Assembly: GCA_965219955.1 (NCBI GenBank)
Contig: OZ244799.1
Location: 3,104,001-3,168,000 of the forward strand
Source of the DNA: a bacterium
GTDB taxonomy: Bacteria > UBA8248
Length of the DNA stretch: 64,000 nucleotides
Reading direction: 5' to 3'
Shown here: positions 51,290 to 59,702 of the stretch, one piece after another
How positions within the stretch are numbered: position 1 is the first letter of the stretch
Layout of the letters: each line of letters opens with the position of its first letter
The notes under the pieces: generated by a model
Told to the model about the DNA's origin: nothing
Database searches by the model: none
The model's input: only the letters and a program-made list of their open reading frames with translations
Program-made: the position numbers and the translations under genes

Positions 51290-51315
51290 CTTCTTCCCTT
51301 GTGCGCCGCAGGTTC

Positions 51316-51792
51316 TTACCGGCGGACGTATTTTTCCTGTTCAATTTTTTTCTGAAGCTGCATGACGCCCCACATCAAGGATTCAGGCCTGGGCGGGCAA
51401 CCCGGAACGTAGACGTCCACCGGGATGATTTCATCCACTCCCTGCATCACCGCATAGTTCGCGTACGGGCCGCCGCAGGTGGCGCAGTTGCCCATCGCGA
51501 TCACCCAGCGCGGCTCGGGCATCTGATCGTAGACCTTGCGAATCGCGTCCCCCATCTTGTGGGTGACGGTGCCCGCCACGATGATCACGTCGGACTGGCG
51601 CGGCGTGGCGCGGAAGATCACGCCGAAACGGTCGAAATCGTAGCGCGCAGCACCCGAGGCCATCATCTCGATGGCGCAGCACGCAAGTCCGAAGGTCATC
51701 GGCCATAGCGCGCTCTTTCTCGCCCAGGCGACCAGGCTGTCGACTTTCGACGTGATGAAGTTGTCGCTGAACTTGCCCTCGACTAAGCCCAC
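51316..51792 (-). CDS. nuoB: NADH-quinone oxidoreductase subunit B (cluster 2)
   Basis: [24 protein letters not shown]; GTG start overlapping the nuoA end (MGLVEGK). Confidence 0.95.
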   Translation of the reverse strand: MGLVEGKFSDNFITSKVDSLVAWARKSALWPMTFGLACCAIEMMASGAARYDFDRFGVIFRATPRQSDVIIVAGTVTHKMGDAIRKVYDQMPEPRWVIAMGNCATCGGPYANYAVMQGVDEIIPVDVYVPGCPPRPESLMWGVMQLQKKIEQEKYVRR

Positions 51793-52184
51793 TCCAACGC
51801 TCCTTTTCTCCAAGCGTAGAAATAACCCACCAACAGGATGGCGATGAACAGCATCATCTCGATGAATCCGAACAGCCCGAGCGCGTCGTAGCGCACCGCC
51901 CAGGGGAAGAGGAACAAGGCCTCCACGTCGAAAAGCAGGAACAGGATGCCCAGCAGGTAGAACCGGATGGAGAAGCGCTCGTGCGCCTCCATCAGCGGGG
52001 GCATGCCGCACTCGTACGGGGAGTTCTTCTCGGGGTCCGGGTTGTTCGGGCGGATGACCAGCGCGATGATCAGAATGCTCCCGGCAAGAGCGGCCGCCAT
52101 GAGCGTGATCAGGAAAATGGGGATGTAGGGATTGATGACCTGATAATCCCTGAAAAATGCGCCGACAACTTCCATCGCATCCAT
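51783..52184 (-). CDS. nuoA: NADH-quinone oxidoreductase subunit A (cluster 2)
   Basis: PYECG, FDVE.LFLFPWA, KGALEW. Confidence 0.95.
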   Translation of the reverse strand: MDAMEVVGAFFRDYQVINPYIPIFLITLMAAALAGSILIIALVIRPNNPDPEKNSPYECGMPPLMEAHERFSIRFYLLGILFLLFDVEALFLFPWAVRYDALGLFGFIEMMLFIAILLVGYFYAWRKGALEWA

Positions 52185-52305
52185 GCTAGGCCCCCACTAA
52201 AACGCAAACTGCCAGGGGTGATGAAAAATGCGCCGCCCTCATCGTTGCCGCAAGGCGCTCATTTCCCTCGAAAACCCCTGGAACAAAAGCCTGAAATCGA
52301 ACGAA

Positions 52306-52329
52306 CCGCCATGACTTATATCATGGCGG
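52306..52329. promoter_or_regulatory. Perfect 9-bp inverted repeat between the nuo clusters (FNR/CRP-like box or terminator stem)
   Basis: ccgccatga-cttata-tcatggcgg with a TGA-N6-TCA core. Confidence 0.4.
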
Positions 52330-52353
52330 CAACCGAAAAACCAACCCCCGGGG

Positions 52354-53832
52354 TCAATTAAAAAAGACTGTGGAACGATGGGCGAAATCCAGCACCGAGG
52401 AGGGGAAAATCCCCAGCTGCAGGGTGCTCGCGACGGCGAGCGTGAGCGCCGCGACCGCATAGGACCAGCCCGGATGCGGAGCGGATTTCGCGACTCCGCC
52501 CTGCGGTTCACTCATGTACATCACCACGACGAGCCGCAGGTAATAATACACGGCCACCACGCTGTTGAGCACTGCTATCACGGTCAGCCAGACGTACCCG
52601 CCGTTCAGCGCCGCACTGAACACGTGGAATTTCGCCACGAAACCCCCGGTGGGCGGGAGACCCGAGAGCGACACCATGAACACGGCCATCGCCGCCGCCA
52701 GCCCTGGCCGGAAAGAGGCCAGACCCGCGAGATTGTCGATCTTCGTGCCGCCGTCCTCGCGCATGTTCGAGATGAGGATGAGCACGCAGAAAGCGCCCAT
52801 GTTCATGAAAACGTAGACGAGCATGTAGTACAGGAAACCGCTCGTGGCCAGTTCCGCGCTCGTGCGCGAGGCCACGAGCGCGACCATGAGATAGCCGGCG
52901 TGGGCGATGCTCGAATAGGCGAGCATCCGCTTCACGCAGGTCTGCCAGATGGCGATGAGGTTCGCCAGGCTCATCGTGAGGACGGCCATCACCCACAAGA
53001 CCGTATCGAAACTCCCGCCGGCGTCGCCCGTGGAGAGAAAAACCCGGAAAAACGCGGCGAAAGCCGCCGCCTTCGGACCCACGGACATGAACGCCGTCAC
53101 CGCGGTGGGCGCGCCTTCGTATACGTCGGGCGTCCACATGTAAAACGGCGCCGCGGCCACCTTGAAGCCCAGGCCCACCACCATGAAGCCCAGGCCCATC
53201 AGGAAGGCCGCCCCTCGCGAGGCGGGATTCTCGTGAAGCCGCGTCGCGATTTCGATCAGGTCGACCGAGCCGGTGGCGCCGTAGACGAGCGCCATGCCGT
53301 AGAGCAGGAAACCCGAGGCGAACGAACCGAGCAGAAAGTATTTGAGCGACGCCTCGTTGCCCTCGGGCCGGGCGCGCAAATAACCCGCCAGGACGTAGAG
53401 CGACAGGGAGAACACCTCGAGGCCCACGAAGATCATCAGCAGGTTCCGCGTCGCCGCCATGAGCATCATGCCCGAAGTCGCGAAGAGGATGAGGCCGAAA
53501 TACTCGCCCGCCGGCGTATCGTCCAACTCCCGCTGGGCCGCGGCGATGAGGACCGAGAATATGCTCGCGAACAGGATGACGACGTAGAGGAATTGCGTGA
53601 ACCCGTCGAAGAGATACATGCCGCCGAACGACGCGGCCAGACCCGGCAGGGTCCGCGCGCCGAGCGTCACGCCCAGGGCGGCGGCCAGCGTCACCAGCGT
53701 GATGATGATGATGACGGAGCGCTCCCCCTTGGCGAAAAAGGCGTCCCACATCAAAACCAGGACCGCCCCGCACACCGGCAGGATCACCGGCAGCAGGTAT
53801 CCCCAATGGATGGTGGGATGAACGATATCCAA
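52354..53832 (-). CDS. nuoN: NADH-quinone oxidoreductase subunit N (cluster 1)
   Basis: EASLKYFLLG, WTPDVYEGAP, KRMLAYSSIAH. Confidence 0.95.
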   Translation of the reverse strand: MDIVHPTIHWGYLLPVILPVCGAVLVLMWDAFFAKGERSVIIIITLVTLAAALGVTLGARTLPGLAASFGGMYLFDGFTQFLYVVILFASIFSVLIAAAQRELDDTPAGEYFGLILFATSGMMLMAATRNLLMIFVGLEVFSLSLYVLAGYLRARPEGNEASLKYFLLGSFASGFLLYGMALVYGATGSVDLIEIATRLHENPASRGAAFLMGLGFMVVGLGFKVAAAPFYMWTPDVYEGAPTAVTAFMSVGPKAAAFAAFFRVFLSTGDAGGSFDTVLWVMAVLTMSLANLIAIWQTCVKRMLAYSSIAHAGYLMVALVASRTSAELATSGFLYYMLVYVFMNMGAFCVLILISNMREDGGTKIDNLAGLASFRPGLAAAMAVFMVSLSGLPPTGGFVAKFHVFSAALNGGYVWLTVIAVLNSVVAVYYYLRLVVVMYMSEPQGGVAKSAPHPGWSYAVAALTLAVASTLQLGIFPSSVLDFAHRSTVFFN

Positions 53833-53834
53833 AG

Positions 53835-55382
53835 CTATTTCACCTCGACTCTATGCGCATAGGCGAGCGCGCTCTTTCGCAATTTCCGCTCGGGCGCTTC
53901 CTCCACGCGCAGCACCCGCCGGTTCACCTGCGAAAGCCAGGCCTGGGCCGAGGGCTCGATGCGGTTGAACAGCGGCTTGGGATACAACCCGATCCAGAAC
54001 ATGAGGGCCACCATGGGCAGCATGACGAGCCACTCGCGCCTGTTCATGTCGGGGAGCCCCAGGTTCGCCCGCACGCTCACCTCGCCGAACAGGACGCGCT
54101 GGAGCATCCAGAGCATGTAGACGGCGGAGAGAACCACGCCGGTGGCCGCGATGACGGCGAACCAGGCGTTGCGCTCGAACGCGCCCAGCAGAATCGTGAA
54201 CTCGCCCACGAAGCCGTTCAGCCCCGGCAGGCCGATGCTGCTGAGCGCCGTGATGATGAAAAACGTGGAAAACACGGGCATCACCCGGAGCAGCCCGCCG
54301 AACTCATCGATCTGCCTCGTGTGCCGCCTCGAATAGATGAAGCCCACGATCAGGAAGAGCGCCCCGCTGCTGATGCCGTGGTTCACCATCTGGATGACGC
54401 TCCCCGAAGCGCCCAGAAGGTTGAAAGAGAAAAGCCCCAGCATCACGAAGCCCAAGTGACTCACCGAGGAGTAGGCCACCAGCTTTTTCACGTCGGTCTG
54501 CACCATGGCCATGAGCGCCCCGTAGATGATCCCCACCAGCGCCAGGCAGATGATGAGGAACGCGAACTCGCGCGCCGCCGTCGGGAACAGCGGCATCGCC
54601 AGCCGCATGAAACCGTAGGTGCCCATCTTCAGGAGGACGCCGGCGAGGATGACGCTTCCCGCCGTGGGCGCTTCCACGTGGGCGTCGGGCAGCCAGGTGT
54701 GGAACGGGAAAATCGGCACCTTGATGGCGAAGGATATGGCGAACGCGGCGAACAGCCACGGCTGGAGGGCGGCGTCCACCGGCTCGCGGAAATGCGCGAG
54801 GATGTCGAACGTGCCGACCCCGCTCGCGAAATACAGCCAGATGATCGCCACGAGCATCAGCACGCTCCCGGCCATGGTGTAGAGGAAGAACTTGACGGCC
54901 GCGTAGATCCGGCGGCCTCCGCCCCAGACCCCAATGATGAGGTACATCGGAATCAGCATTCCTTCCCAGAAGACGTAGAACAGGAAGAAATCGAGCGCGA
55001 AGAAGACCCCGAGCATCCCCGTCTCCAGGAACAGCAGGGACATGTAGTAGAGCCGCGTCTTTTTCCGCACGTCGTCGAAGGAGAAGAGGATCGCGACCGG
55101 CGTCAGGATGGTGGTCAGCATCACGAGCAGCAGGCTGATGCCGTCCACGCCCACCTTGTAGGAAATCCCGAACCTCGGGATCCACGCCGCTTCCTCGACG
55201 AACTGCATGCCCGCGTAATCGGGCCGGAAACCCAGGTACATCACGGCCGAAAGAGCGAACGTAACGAGGGAGACCGCCAGCGCGAACGCGCGGACGCCGC
55301 CGTCTCTTCCCTCGCGCAGGAGAAGGAGCAGCAGGCCCCCCAGCATGGGCAAGAACAGTATCGAGGTGATTATTCCAGGCAT
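53835..55382 (-). CDS. nuoM: NADH-quinone oxidoreductase subunit M (cluster 1)
   Basis: GVDGIS, WLPDAHVEAPTAGS, GFVGEF. Confidence 0.95.
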   Translation of the reverse strand: MPGIITSILFLPMLGGLLLLLLREGRDGGVRAFALAVSLVTFALSAVMYLGFRPDYAGMQFVEEAAWIPRFGISYKVGVDGISLLLVMLTTILTPVAILFSFDDVRKKTRLYYMSLLFLETGMLGVFFALDFFLFYVFWEGMLIPMYLIIGVWGGGRRIYAAVKFFLYTMAGSVLMLVAIIWLYFASGVGTFDILAHFREPVDAALQPWLFAAFAISFAIKVPIFPFHTWLPDAHVEAPTAGSVILAGVLLKMGTYGFMRLAMPLFPTAAREFAFLIICLALVGIIYGALMAMVQTDVKKLVAYSSVSHLGFVMLGLFSFNLLGASGSVIQMVNHGISSGALFLIVGFIYSRRHTRQIDEFGGLLRVMPVFSTFFIITALSSIGLPGLNGFVGEFTILLGAFERNAWFAVIAATGVVLSAVYMLWMLQRVLFGEVSVRANLGLPDMNRREWLVMLPMVALMFWIGLYPKPLFNRIEPSAQAWLSQVNRRVLRVEEAPERKLRKSALAYAHRVEVK

Positions 55383-55418
55383 TCGCCCCTCACGCTCCTC
55401 AAAGAATCGAAAGAATCA

Positions 55419-57323
55419 TCAGCGCGCCGTGAGATACAGCAGAATCACCAGCGCGCCGACCAGCATCGAAACGGCGTAGCTCTTCACGTAGCCCGTCTGG
55501 AGGCGTCTCAGGACGCCGCCCAGGGATCGCACGAAAATGCCCGCCCCGTTCACGGCCGCGTCCACCAGGCCGTCCTCGAACGCTCGCCAGCACCAGATCG
55601 ACGCCCGCTTCACCGGTTGTACGATGCAGGCGTCGTATATCTCGTCCACGTAATACTTGTTCACCAAAAGGCGGTGAACGCCCGGCCAGAGTTCCGCGTA
55701 CGCGCTGCCGCCGTCGTTTTTCAGCACATAGAGATTATAGGCCGCGTAAATGCCGACGAAGGCGATGGCGAGCGAGAACACCATCATCAACAACTCGAAC
55801 ACCACCTCGTGGTGCGCCTCTACGTGACCGCCGAAAGAAGGAGCGAGGAAATCACCGAAAATGTTCGCTCCCGTGATGATCGGAATCCCCACCCAGCCGC
55901 CGATGATGGAGAGCGCCGCCAGCGCCTGAAGCGGGATCGTCATGCTTCTGGGAGATTCATGGACTTTCTGCTGCTCCTCCAGGCTCAGGTTGCAGGTGCC
56001 GAAGAATACCCGGAACAGGAGCCTGAACATGTAGAACGCGGTCATCAGCGCGCCGGCCGCGCCGGCGAGCCACAGGAGGATTCCGCCGCGCTCGGCCGTC
56101 ATGGCCGAATAGAGAATGGCGTCCTTGCTGAAGAATCCGGCGAAGGGGAATACGCCCGCGATGGCCAGCGCGCCGATCACGAAGGTGTTGCTCGTTCGCG
56201 GCAGCGCCGCCTGGAGTCCGCCCATCCTGCGGATGTCCTGCTCGCCGTCCAGCGCGTGGATCACGCTCCCCGCGCCCAGGAACAGGAGCGCCTTGAAGAA
56301 CGCATGGGTCATCAGGTGGAAGATCGCCGCGGAGAACGCCCCCACGCCGCAGGCCAGAAACATGTAGCCCAACTGGCTCACCGTGCTGTAGGCGAGCACC
56401 TTCTTGATGTCGGTCTGCACCAGGGCGATGGACGCCGCCATCAACAGCGTGAGCGCTCCGATGACGGCCACCACGAGCATCGCCGCCGATGAGAGTTCGA
56501 AGAGCACGTGCGTTCTCGCCACCATGTAGACGCCCGCCGTCACCATCGTCGCCGCGTGTATCAGGGCGCTGACCGGGGTGGGACCTTCCATCGCGTCGGG
56601 CAGCCAGACGTAAAGCGGAATCTGCGCGCTCTTGCCCGTCGCGCCCGCGAAGAGCAGCAGGCAGATGATCGTCGCCGCCGCGCTCTCGGGACCGAGCAGC
56701 CCGGGGGCTTTTGCGAACACCTCCGAGAAATCCAGCGAGCCGACGACGCTGTAGATGTAGAAGAGCGCTATCAGGAAGCAGAAATCACCCACCCGGTTCA
56801 CGATGAAGGCCTTCTTGCCGGCCTCGGCCGCCGCCTTGCGCTCGTACCAGAAGCCGATGAGCAGGTAGCTGCACAGGCCCACCGCCTCCCAGCCCACGAA
56901 CATGACCAGGAAGTTATCGCCCAGAACCAGCGTGAGCATCGAGAGCGAGAAGAGGTTCAGATAGATGAAATAGCGCACCACGCCGCGATCATGGTGCATG
57001 TAGCCCATCGAGTAGAGGTGGATGAGCGCTCCTACGCCGGTGACGACCAGCGCCATGACGGCCGAGAGCGGATCGAGCGAGAAGCCCGCCTCGACCTCGA
57101 AGGCGCCCACGGGAATCCACTCGAACAGGACGACGCGGATGAGACGCGCCTTCTCGGGCATCGCCAGCAGGCGGAGCCAGCTCACGAGCGACGCCGCGAA
57201 CGCGAGCGCCATCGCCAGCGTCGCGGTCCAGCCGGCGAATTTCTCCCCGCGCTTCCAGCCGAAGATCAGGTTCACCAGCACGCCGATGAGGGGGAACGCC
57301 AATATGAGGGTCAGACTATCCAT
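55419..57323 (-). CDS. nuoL: NADH-quinone oxidoreductase subunit L (cluster 1)
   Basis: WLPDAMEGPTPVSALIHAATMV, HLMTHAFFK. Confidence 0.95.
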   Translation of the reverse strand: MDSLTLILAFPLIGVLVNLIFGWKRGEKFAGWTATLAMALAFAASLVSWLRLLAMPEKARLIRVVLFEWIPVGAFEVEAGFSLDPLSAVMALVVTGVGALIHLYSMGYMHHDRGVVRYFIYLNLFSLSMLTLVLGDNFLVMFVGWEAVGLCSYLLIGFWYERKAAAEAGKKAFIVNRVGDFCFLIALFYIYSVVGSLDFSEVFAKAPGLLGPESAAATIICLLLFAGATGKSAQIPLYVWLPDAMEGPTPVSALIHAATMVTAGVYMVARTHVLFELSSAAMLVVAVIGALTLLMAASIALVQTDIKKVLAYSTVSQLGYMFLACGVGAFSAAIFHLMTHAFFKALLFLGAGSVIHALDGEQDIRRMGGLQAALPRTSNTFVIGALAIAGVFPFAGFFSKDAILYSAMTAERGGILLWLAGAAGALMTAFYMFRLLFRVFFGTCNLSLEEQQKVHESPRSMTIPLQALAALSIIGGWVGIPIITGANIFGDFLAPSFGGHVEAHHEVVFELLMMVFSLAIAFVGIYAAYNLYVLKNDGGSAYAELWPGVHRLLVNKYYVDEIYDACIVQPVKRASIWCWRAFEDGLVDAAVNGAGIFVRSLGGVLRRLQTGYVKSYAVSMLVGALVILLYLTAR

Positions 57324-57335
57324 GATTCCTTAGCT

Positions 57336-57638
57336 CTATAGCTTCAGTAGGTTGATTTCGTCCAGGTCGGTGGATTCGCGGTTGCGGTAGATCAGCACCA
57401 CGATGGCCAGCCCGATGGCGGCCTCCGCCGCGGCCACCGCCATCACGAAAAACACGATCATCTGGCCCGCCATCGAATCGAGGTACCGGCCATAGGCCAC
57501 GAACGCCAGGTTCGCCCCGTTCATCATCAACTCGATGCACAAGATGACGACGATGGCGTTTCTGCGCACCACGACGCCCACGACGCCCAGGGAGAAGAGA
57601 ACCGCGCTCAGAATCAGGTAATGCTCGAGCGGCGCCAC
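57336..57638 (-). CDS. nuoK: NADH-quinone oxidoreductase subunit K (cluster 1)
   Basis: [19 protein letters not shown]. Confidence 0.95.
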   Translation of the reverse strand: MAPLEHYLILSAVLFSLGVVGVVVRRNAIVVILCIELMMNGANLAFVAYGRYLDSMAGQMIVFFVMAVAAAEAAIGLAIVVLIYRNRESTDLDEINLLKL

Positions 57639-57650
57639 GTCCCATCCCTC

Positions 57651-58169
57651 CTAGCGGCTTCGCCTGCGCGCCAGTACCACGGCGCCGACGATGCCCACGA
57701 ACAACAAGACGCCCATGGCCTGAAACGGCAGGACGTAATCCGTCAACAACAGATTTCCGATGACCTGCGTGTTGCCCAGCTCATCCACGCGCTCGGGCGG
57801 AAAACTCCCCTTCTTGCCCGTCATGAGGGAGGTGGAGAGGAATATCTTGAGCAGCACGCTAAAGAGGGCGAGCCCCGCGATAGCCCCCAGCATCTTCTGG
57901 CCGGGAAGACGCAACTCCCGCTTCTCCTCACGGTCCAGGTTGATCAGCATCACGACGAACAGGAAGAGCATCATGATCGCGCTGGCGTAGATGATCACCT
58001 GAACGATGGCGACGAACTGCGCGTGAAGCGAGAGGTACAGCCCGGCGAGACCCAGGAAGGTCAGTATCAGGGCAAGCACGCTGTAGAGCGGGCTGGGGAA
58101 CGCGACGACGGCTATCGCGCCCACCGTCGTCACCACCGCCAGGAAATAAAAAAACAGGGAACTGGCCAC
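57651..58169 (-). CDS. nuoJ: NADH-quinone oxidoreductase subunit J (cluster 1)
   Basis: AQFVAIVQVIIYASAIMMLFLFVVML. Confidence 0.93.
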   Translation of the reverse strand: MASSLFFYFLAVVTTVGAIAVVAFPSPLYSVLALILTFLGLAGLYLSLHAQFVAIVQVIIYASAIMMLFLFVVMLINLDREEKRELRLPGQKMLGAIAGLALFSVLLKIFLSTSLMTGKKGSFPPERVDELGNTQVIGNLLLTDYVLPFQAMGVLLFVGIVGAVVLARRRSR

Positions 58170-58214
58170 TACCGCCCTTCCTCCAGCGGGCGGGCGCCCG
58201 CCTGAAATCGAACC

Positions 58215-58694
58215 CTAGACATACGTGAGCAGGTTTTTCTCGTCATAGCGGGCATGAAGCTCCGGGTAATCCTCTGTACGCTCCACAATCAAATCGCCCT
58301 TCTCGTAGAGGAACTTGCCGCGATCGTCCTGGCAGAATTCATACTCGTTGCCCAGCACGACCGCGCCGACCGGGCAGGCTTCTTCGCAGTATCCGCAAAA
58401 GATGCAGCGAAGCTCGTTGATCTCGTAAATGCTGGCGTAGCGCTCGCCCTTGGAAGTCGGCGCCTCGGGGTCGTTCTCCTCCGATTCCACATAAATGCAA
58501 TCCACGGGACACGCCGCCGAGCAGAGCTTGCACCCCACGCAGCGCTCCAGGCCGTCCTCCCAGCGCAGCAGCTTGTGGAGGCCGCGGTAGCCCACGGGCA
58601 TCTCCTCTTTGACGTCGGGGTATTGCACGGTCACGCGGTTTTTGAAGGAATGCTTGATCGTCAGCCACAATCCCCTGCAAATCTCGCCTAACAT
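58215..58694 (-). CDS. nuoI: NADH-quinone oxidoreductase subunit I (cluster 1)
   Basis: CVGCKLCSAACP and CIFCGYCEEACP ferredoxin motifs. Confidence 0.95.
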   Translation of the reverse strand: MLGEICRGLWLTIKHSFKNRVTVQYPDVKEEMPVGYRGLHKLLRWEDGLERCVGCKLCSAACPVDCIYVESEENDPEAPTSKGERYASIYEINELRCIFCGYCEEACPVGAVVLGNEYEFCQDDRGKFLYEKGDLIVERTEDYPELHARYDEKNLLTYV

Positions 58695-58721
58695 GAAATC
58701 TCCTCCCCCTTACACGGCCCG

Positions 58722-59702
58722 CTAGCCCAGGAAAACGACGGCGCCGGCCGTGAGCATCACGTTCAGGATGGACAGCGGCAGAAGCACCTTCCACCCGAAA
58801 CCCATCAGTTGGTCATAGCGCAGGCGCGGCGTGGAGGCGCGCAGCCACATGAAGAAGAACATGAACGCCAGCACCTTGATCAGGAACCACACGACGGGCG
58901 GCAGCAGCGGCCCGCGCCATCCGCCGAGGAAAAACGTCGCCCCCACCGCCGAGAGCGTGATCATGCTGCAGTACTCGGCGATGGAGTAAACCGCAAAGTG
59001 CATGCTGCTGTATTCGGTATGAAAACCGCCGGTGAGCTCGCTCTCGGCCTCGGGCAAATCGAACGGCGCCCGGTTCGTCTCCGCCAGCATGCAGATGACG
59101 AAGAGCAGAAACCCCAGGGGCTGCAAGACGATGTAGGGCATACCGGCCTGGGCCTCGACGATCCCCTTCAGGCTCAGGGTGCCCGAGATCATGACAACGC
59201 CCAGAAGCGACATGCCGAGCGAGAGTTCGTAGCTGATGAGCTGCGCCGCCGAGCGAAGCCCGCCGATGAGCGGGTACTTGCTGTTCGACGCCCATGAGCC
59301 GAGCACGATGCCGTACACGCCGATGCCCGCCATGGCGAAGATGTAGAGAATGCCGACGTTGATGTCGGCCAGCACCAGATCCACCTTCTGTCCGAGCACG
59401 GTCACGGAATCGCCGAAGGGCACCACGGCGAAGGCGGCCAGCGCCGGAATGAGCGTGACGGCCGGCGCGAGGAGGTAAATCACCTTGTCCGCCTGCGCGG
59501 GAATGATGGTTTCCTTGAACATGAGCTTGATGCCGTCGGCGATGGGCTGCAAAAGCCCCGACGGCCCCACGCGGTTGGGCCCCACCCGCACCTGTATGAG
59601 CGCGAACACGCGCCGCTCCATCCAGGTCATGTAGGCGGCGAGCAGCAAAAGCCCGCCGAAGCCCACGAGCACTTTCCCGAGGATGATGAGCAGACTGGCC
59701 AT
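58722..59702 (-). CDS. nuoH: NADH-quinone oxidoreductase subunit H (cluster 1)
   Basis: [30 protein letters not shown]. Confidence 0.95.
   Translation of the reverse strand: MASLLIILGKVLVGFGGLLLLAAYMTWMERRVFALIQVRVGPNRVGPSGLLQPIADGIKLMFKETIIPAQADKVIYLLAPAVTLIPALAAFAVVPFGDSVTVLGQKVDLVLADINVGILYIFAMAGIGVYGIVLGSWASNSKYPLIGGLRSAAQLISYELSLGMSLLGVVMISGTLSLKGIVEAQAGMPYIVLQPLGFLLFVICMLAETNRAPFDLPEAESELTGGFHTEYSSMHFAVYSIAEYCSMITLSAVGATFFLGGWRGPLLPPVVWFLIKVLAFMFFFMWLRASTPRLRYDQLMGFGWKVLLPLSILNVMLTAGAVVFLG

Noticed and set aside
44092-55382. 2M-type complex I with tandem nuoM
   Set aside because: The two nuoM genes belong to separate L-M-N sets and are not adjacent.
53853-56492. Long antisense or alternate-frame ORFs (also 28583-30796, 5933-7813, 32233-33954, 45655-47670)
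   Set aside because: Shadow ORFs of GC-rich coding genes with Arg/Gly/Pro-rich, motif-free translations.
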